Positions 44,461-48,402 of a stretch of DNA of 48,402 nt are shown piece after piece. The notes under the pieces were generated by a model that was not told where the DNA came from, did no database searches, and saw nothing but the letters and a program-made list of their open reading frames with translations. The stretch's first letter is position 1; each line of letters starts with the position of its first letter. The position numbers were made by a program, and so were the translations under genes. The stretch spans positions 1-48,402 of the forward strand of contig DATKDQ010000053.1 of the NCBI GenBank assembly GCA_035544635.1. Reading direction: 5' to 3'. Origin of the DNA: Thermoanaerobaculia bacterium (GTDB lineage Bacteria; Acidobacteriota; Thermoanaerobaculia; Multivoradales; Multivoraceae).

Positions 44461-45152
44461 TCCTCGAGCGATCCCATCCGCAGGTAGAAGTTGCGGCGCA
44501 GCTCGTCGGCGATGGTCGAGGTGGGGGTGGGGCCGTAGTGATGGCCGGGATAGAGCACCGTCTCGGGCGGCAGCTTCGCGAGCTTGCCGGTGAGGGAGTG
44601 GTACATCGCCTCGGGATCCGAGCCCGGCAGGTCGACCCTCCCGCACCCCTGCACGAACAGCGTGTCGCCGGCGACCAGAGCTCCCTCGATCAGGAAGCAC
44701 TGGCTTCCCGGGGTGTGCCCCGGGGTGTGGAGGAAGCGGATCTCCCGATTGCCGAGCGCGACGGTGTCGCCGTCGTCGACCTTGCGCAGGTCGCTCTCGG
44801 AGACGCCGGTGACCCGCCTCAGGCCGTCGGCCTCGTGCTTGTTGACCCAGATCGGCACGCCCATGCGCTCGAGCAGCGTGGCCAGCCCTTCGATGTGCAT
44901 GCCGAACATGTCGCCGCCGACGTGGTCCGGATGATAGTGGGTGACCAGCGCGCCCTTGATCTGGAAACCATCGCGCTCGGCGATCTCGAGCAGCCCGCCG
45001 ACGTCCCACGCCGGATCGACGATCAGTGCCTCGCGGGTGGCGGGGTCCCCGATCAGGTACATGAAGTTGCGCATCTGCCCCGCGACCGGATGCACCAGCG
45101 CGACCTGCTGCCCGGCGAGGAGTTGGCGGAAGTAGAGCGGCTGGTCGGGCAT
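44427..45152 (-). CDS. MBL-fold metallo-hydrolase (glyoxalase II-like)
   Basis: HYHPDHVGG (HxHxDH), later HTPGHTPG and a conserved Asp. RBS GGAG before ATG 45152. Confidence 0.85.
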   Translation of the reverse strand: MPDQPLYFRQLLAGQQVALVHPVAGQMRNFMYLIGDPATREALIVDPAWDVGGLLEIAERDGFQIKGALVTHYHPDHVGGDMFGMHIEGLATLLERMGVPIWVNKHEADGLRRVTGVSESDLRKVDDGDTVALGNREIRFLHTPGHTPGSQCFLIEGALVAGDTLFVQGCGRVDLPGSDPEAMYHSLTGKLAKLPPETVLYPGHHYGPTPTSTIADELRRNFYLRMGSLEEWRRLMGLPVR

Positions 45153-45232
45153 GTCGCGTCTCCGTTTGCGCTGAGTGCTTTCGGGCAGGGCGGGGCGGGA
45201 CGCAGGGTGTCGGGCGCTTGGGAGCTCGATTC

Positions 45233-45308
45233 TAGCGGGTCCGTGGTCACTACCACGGCCCCGCTAGCTGATGCTCCCCGCCAAGCGCGGCTGCGCCGCG
45301 CGGCTCGG
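45233..45308 (-). repeat. 76-nt repeat element, copy 2 (inverted relative to copy 1)
   Basis: The reverse complement equals 27803-27878 except for one base (C instead of A at element position 19). Confidence 0.9.
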
Positions 45309-45465
45309 AAGCCTTGACCAGGGGACAACTTGACTCGTCTGTAACGATTTCTGCGGGTCAAGGCTTCTAGTCGAGCGGCGCACGACGAGGAGCGCTGGGA
45401 GCTGCGGCCTTCCCGCGGTGCCGTGCCCGCGGTCGAGCGGCTGGGGCGGAGGATACAATCGCGCC

Positions 45466-47775
45466 GTGTCGTGGCGCACCGCATCGTGGGCTTCGCTGGC
45501 TCCTTTCGGGCTCGGTCGCCAGAAGCCGGGCCACTTCCGATCGATGGCCCGCGTCGCCTGGGACAACCGCGGTGAGCTCCCCTTCGCGTACCGCATCCTC
45601 CGCGACGGCGTGTGCGACGGCTGCGCGCTGGGCACCACCGGCCTGCGCGATTGGACGCTCGACGGCGTGCACCTGTGCATGGTGCGCCTCGAGCTGCTGC
45701 GTCTGAACACCATGCCGGCGCTCGATCGGTCGCGCCTCGCCGACTGTGGGGCGCTCGAGCGGCTCGAGTCGCGCGCGCTGCGGAAGTTGGGGCGCCTCGC
45801 GCACCCGATGCGCCGGCGGCGCGGCGAGCGCGGGTTCACGCCGATCTCGTGGGGCGAGGCGCTCGACCAGGCGGTCGCCGTCCTGCGCGAGACCGACCCG
45901 CGTCGCGCCGCCTTCTATCTCACCTCCCGCGGCATCCCCAACGAGACCTACTACGCCGCCCAGAAGGCGGCGCGCTTCTACGGCTCGCCGCACGTCGACA
46001 ACGCCGCCCGCCTGTGCCACGCCGCCTCGACCACGGCGATGAAGCGCGCGCTCGGGCATGGCGCCTCGACCGGCTCCTACACCGACTGGATCGGCGCCGA
46101 CCTCATCGTCTTCTTCGGCTCGAACGTGCCGAACAACCAGCCGGTGACGACAAAGTACCTGTACTACGCGAAGCAGCGCGGCACCAAGATCGCCGTCGTC
46201 AACCCCTATCGCGAGCCCGGGCTCGAACGCTACTGGGTGCCGTCCGTCGCCGAGAGCGCCCTGTTCGGCACCCGCCTCGCGGACTCCTGGTTCGAGGTCG
46301 ACACCGGCGGTGACCTCGGTTTCCTGAACGGTGCGGCGAAGGCGCTGCTCGCGCTGCCGGGCGGCGTCGACCGCGAGTTCGTCGCCAGCGCGACCGAGGG
46401 GTTCGAGGCGCTGCGGCGCGAGCTCGAAGCGCAGTCGTGGGAGGAGCTCGAGGCGGCAAGCGGTGCCACGCGCGCCGTCATGCTCGACTTCGCGCGGCTC
46501 CTGCTCGGTCATCCCAACACGATCTTGGTGTGGTCGATGGGCCTCACGCAGCACCGCCACGGCGTCGACACCGTGCAGGCGCTGTGCAACCTCGGTCTCC
46601 TGCGCGGGCTTCCGGGACGGCCGCGCCGTGGGCTCACCCCCATCCGCGGTCACTCGGGCGTGCAGGGCGGCGCCGAGGTCGGTTGCGTCCCGACCCTCGA
46701 TGTGGAGACGCGCGCGCTCTACCGCGAGGTGTGGGGGTTCGAGCCGCCGCCGGGGCCGGGCCTCTCGGCGTCGGAGCAGGTCGAGGCGGCGGCCAGAGGC
46801 GAGATCGACGTCTTCTGGATGGTCGGTGGCAACTTCCTCGAGACCCTGGCGGGCGAGGGGACGAGCCGGGAGGCGATGCGCCGCCCGCGCCTGCGGGTGC
46901 ATCAGGACATCGTGCTCTCGAGCGCGATGCTGGTCGAGCCGGTGGACACGGTGCTCGTTCTGCCCGCGGCTACCCGCTACGAGACGCCGGGCGGGGTGAC
47001 CGAGACTACCACCGAGCGCCGCATCGTCTTCTCCCCCGAGATCCCGGGGCGGCGCATCGGCGAGGCGCGCCCGGAGTGGGAGGTCCTGTGCGACGTGATG
47101 CGCCGGGTGCGGCCCGACCGGGCGGACGCCGTCCGGTTCGCCGGCACGGCGGCGATCCGCGCCGAGATCGCGCGCGCGGTGCCGCTCTACGCCGGGATCG
47201 AGACGCTGCGCGCGAAGGGCGACCAGGTGCAGTGGGGCGGACCGACGCTCTACGCGGACGGGCGCTTCGCCACGGCGGATGGCAAGGCGCACCTGGTGCC
47301 GGTGCGTCCGCCCGAAGGGCAGCGGACGGTCGCCGCCGGCGAGCTGCGCCTCTCGACGCGCCGTGGTAAGCAGTTCAACTCGATGGTCCAGGCGTCGCAG
47401 GATGACCTGACCGGCAGCGCGCGCGAGGACGTTCTGATGGCCGCCGAGGACGCCGAGCGGCGCGGCCTCGGCGCCGGCTCGTGGGTCCGCCTCTCCTCGC
47501 CCGCCGGCGTGTTGCGCGGGCGCGTGAGGATCGCTCCGATCAAGCCCGGCAACGTCGAGGTGCACTGGCCCGAGGGGGGGGTCCTGCTCGACGCGCACCG
47601 GATCGATCCCCAGAGCATGGAGCCGGACTACAACGCGCGAGTCAGGGTGGAGCTGGCCGGCGGCGGGGCAGAGGAGAGCGATCGGAGGACGCCGGACGGG
47701 GATCGTCTCTCTCCGCAGGAGGGTGATGGCGCCCGGGCGCGCGAGACCGTGCCGGAGGTCGCGCATGGGCGGTAG
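45466..47775 (+). CDS. ydeP: FdhF/YdeP-family molybdopterin oxidoreductase
   Basis: WASLAPFGLGRQKPGHFR...GVCDGCALGTTGLRDWT...LCMVRLELLRLNT and MGLTQHRHG. Start GTG 45466 or GTG 45418. Confidence 0.85.
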   Translation: MSWRTASWASLAPFGLGRQKPGHFRSMARVAWDNRGELPFAYRILRDGVCDGCALGTTGLRDWTLDGVHLCMVRLELLRLNTMPALDRSRLADCGALERLESRALRKLGRLAHPMRRRRGERGFTPISWGEALDQAVAVLRETDPRRAAFYLTSRGIPNETYYAAQKAARFYGSPHVDNAARLCHAASTTAMKRALGHGASTGSYTDWIGADLIVFFGSNVPNNQPVTTKYLYYAKQRGTKIAVVNPYREPGLERYWVPSVAESALFGTRLADSWFEVDTGGDLGFLNGAAKALLALPGGVDREFVASATEGFEALRRELEAQSWEELEAASGATRAVMLDFARLLLGHPNTILVWSMGLTQHRHGVDTVQALCNLGLLRGLPGRPRRGLTPIRGHSGVQGGAEVGCVPTLDVETRALYREVWGFEPPPGPGLSASEQVEAAARGEIDVFWMVGGNFLETLAGEGTSREAMRRPRLRVHQDIVLSSAMLVEPVDTVLVLPAATRYETPGGVTETTTERRIVFSPEIPGRRIGEARPEWEVLCDVMRRVRPDRADAVRFAGTAAIRAEIARAVPLYAGIETLRAKGDQVQWGGPTLYADGRFATADGKAHLVPVRPPEGQRTVAAGELRLSTRRGKQFNSMVQASQDDLTGSAREDVLMAAEDAERRGLGAGSWVRLSSPAGVLRGRVRIAPIKPGNVEVHWPEGGVLLDAHRIDPQSMEPDYNARVRVELAGGGAEESDRRTPDGDRLSPQEGDGARARETVPEVAHGR

Positions 47776-48402
47776 GACGCCGGTAGGCCGGGCTCCGGGG
47801 GTGGAGGACCGACCGCGCGCCGAGGCGGCCGCAGCCGCGCGCCCCGGCCGTCCGGGTCTGCGCGGCGTCGTGGTGCGGCGCCACGGCGGCCCGGTCGAGC
47901 ACGACGTGGTCGCGGTCGAGGCGCCGCTCGAGATTCGCGTCGGCGGCGCGCCGATCGTCGTCACCATGCGCACGCCCGGCGACGACCGCGAGCTCGCCGC
48001 CGGATTCCTCTACAGCGAAGGCATCGTCGATGATCGCGACGAGATCGCCGAGCTACGCGAGGTCGAGCCCGCGACCGCGCTGGTCTCCCTCGGCGAGCAC
48101 GGCTGCGCGGGCGCCGGCGTCATCGAAGCGTGGCTGCGCGACCGCGGGGGCGGCTCGTACACCGCGGGCGACCCGGGGTCCGCCGCCGGCGGCGGCGACC
48201 GCGACCCGCGGGTGCGGCCACGCGCCTTCCGCGCCACCGCCGCGTGCGGCGTGTGCGGCAAGCAGAGGCTCGAGGACCTCGAGGTCGAGCTCCCGGTCCT
48301 GCGGCCGCTGGCGGTCGACGAGGCGGTGCTCGAGACGCTGCCCTCGAGGCTGCGCGAGCGGCAGGAGCTCTTCGAGCTCTGCGGCGGCCTCCACGGCGCC
48401 GG
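47765..48402 (+). CDS. fdhD: Formate dehydrogenase accessory sulfurtransferase FdhD (3' end cut by window edge)
   Basis: My own translation from ATG 47765 is open to the window end. It reads ...EAPLEIRVGGAPIVVTMRTPGDDRELAAGFLYSEGIV... and the ACGVCGK motif. It is absent from the track because it has no stop in the window. 11-nt overlap with ydeP. Confidence 0.85.
   Translation, partial: MGGRTPVGRAPGVEDRPRAEAAAAARPGRPGLRGVVVRRHGGPVEHDVVAVEAPLEIRVGGAPIVVTMRTPGDDRELAAGFLYSEGIVDDRDEIAELREVEPATALVSLGEHGCAGAGVIEAWLRDRGGGSYTAGDPGSAAGGGDRDPRVRPRAFRATAACGVCGKQRLEDLEVELPVLRPLAVDEAVLETLPSRLRERQELFELCGGLHGA

Noticed and set aside
27879-45232. The 17.4-kb segment between the inverted 76-nt repeats, considered as a transposon, genomic island or defence island
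   Set aside because: No transposase, integrase, recombinase or phage gene is present. There are no target-site duplications outside the repeats. The content includes core genes (ddl, recD2) and shows no visible compositional shift. Inversion by homologous recombination remains possible, but the segment does not look like a mobile element.
45153-45465. Moco riboswitch upstream of the ydeP/fdhD molybdoenzyme genes
   Set aside because: The context is attractive, but I could not recognise the conserved Moco motif core from the sequence. The region is instead occupied by the 76-nt repeat and a simple long-stem hairpin. It needs an Infernal scan before any claim.

Overview
Very GC-rich (by eye about 70% G+C) chromosomal segment from a diderm bacterium. 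BamD, CpoB/YbgF, TatA and a TonB-type outer-membrane barrel are present. The phylum cannot be fixed from sequence alone; the gene set looks Acidobacteriota- or Myxococcota-like.

About 40 tightly packed genes, mostly housekeeping:
- 1-5.3 kb: pepF (5' partial), an acyl-CoA ligase, yggS, a COG1579 zinc-ribbon protein and tRNA-Met(CAT).
- 5.5-14 kb: a lipoprotein, the classical rpsU-dnaG-rpoD operon, a stand-alone GlmU N-domain and uvrD/pcrA.
- 14-22 kb: a GT2+GNAT operon back-to-back with a GT-C membrane glycosyltransferase, then truA-uppS-cdsA-rseP.
- 22-28 kb: a PASTA-rpe-bamD-cpoB string with overlapping stop/start codons, a LysM protein, a small Fis-type HTH protein and tatA.
- 28-45 kb, less obviously core: a His-rich TPR exported protein, a CarboxypepD_reg/TonB-type OMP, a Tat-signal amidase, a tandem EthD protein, ddl, a DUF4097 beta-helix protein, recD2, a pseudo-receiver/coiled-coil protein, and an MBL-hydrolase / PQQ-type dehydrogenase / SAM-methyltransferase operon.
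- 45-48.4 kb: ydeP/fdhF-family molybdoenzyme and fdhD (3' partial).

I see no CRISPR array, integrase, transposase, phage gene, reverse transcriptase, toxin-antitoxin pair or recognisable defence module. I cannot honestly point to a convincing novel multi-gene protein system.

The most unusual structure is non-coding:
- A family of mosaic (REP/BIME-like) intergenic repeats occurs at six or more loci. It is built from a GC mini-hairpin (GCGCCG-TCCG-CGGCGC) plus tetraloop hairpins.
- Two 76-nt copies (75/76 identical) lie in inverted orientation inside two divergent promoter regions and bracket 17.4 kb.
- A 19-bp x3 tandem repeat carries the recD2 stop codon.
- A 36-codon N-terminal remnant of peptide deformylase overlaps (ATGA) the start of the TPR gene.

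Many very long ORFs in the supplied track are antisense shadow ORFs typical of high-GC DNA and were rejected. Start codons were chosen by eye from RBS, spacing and homology expectations, and are less certain than stops.
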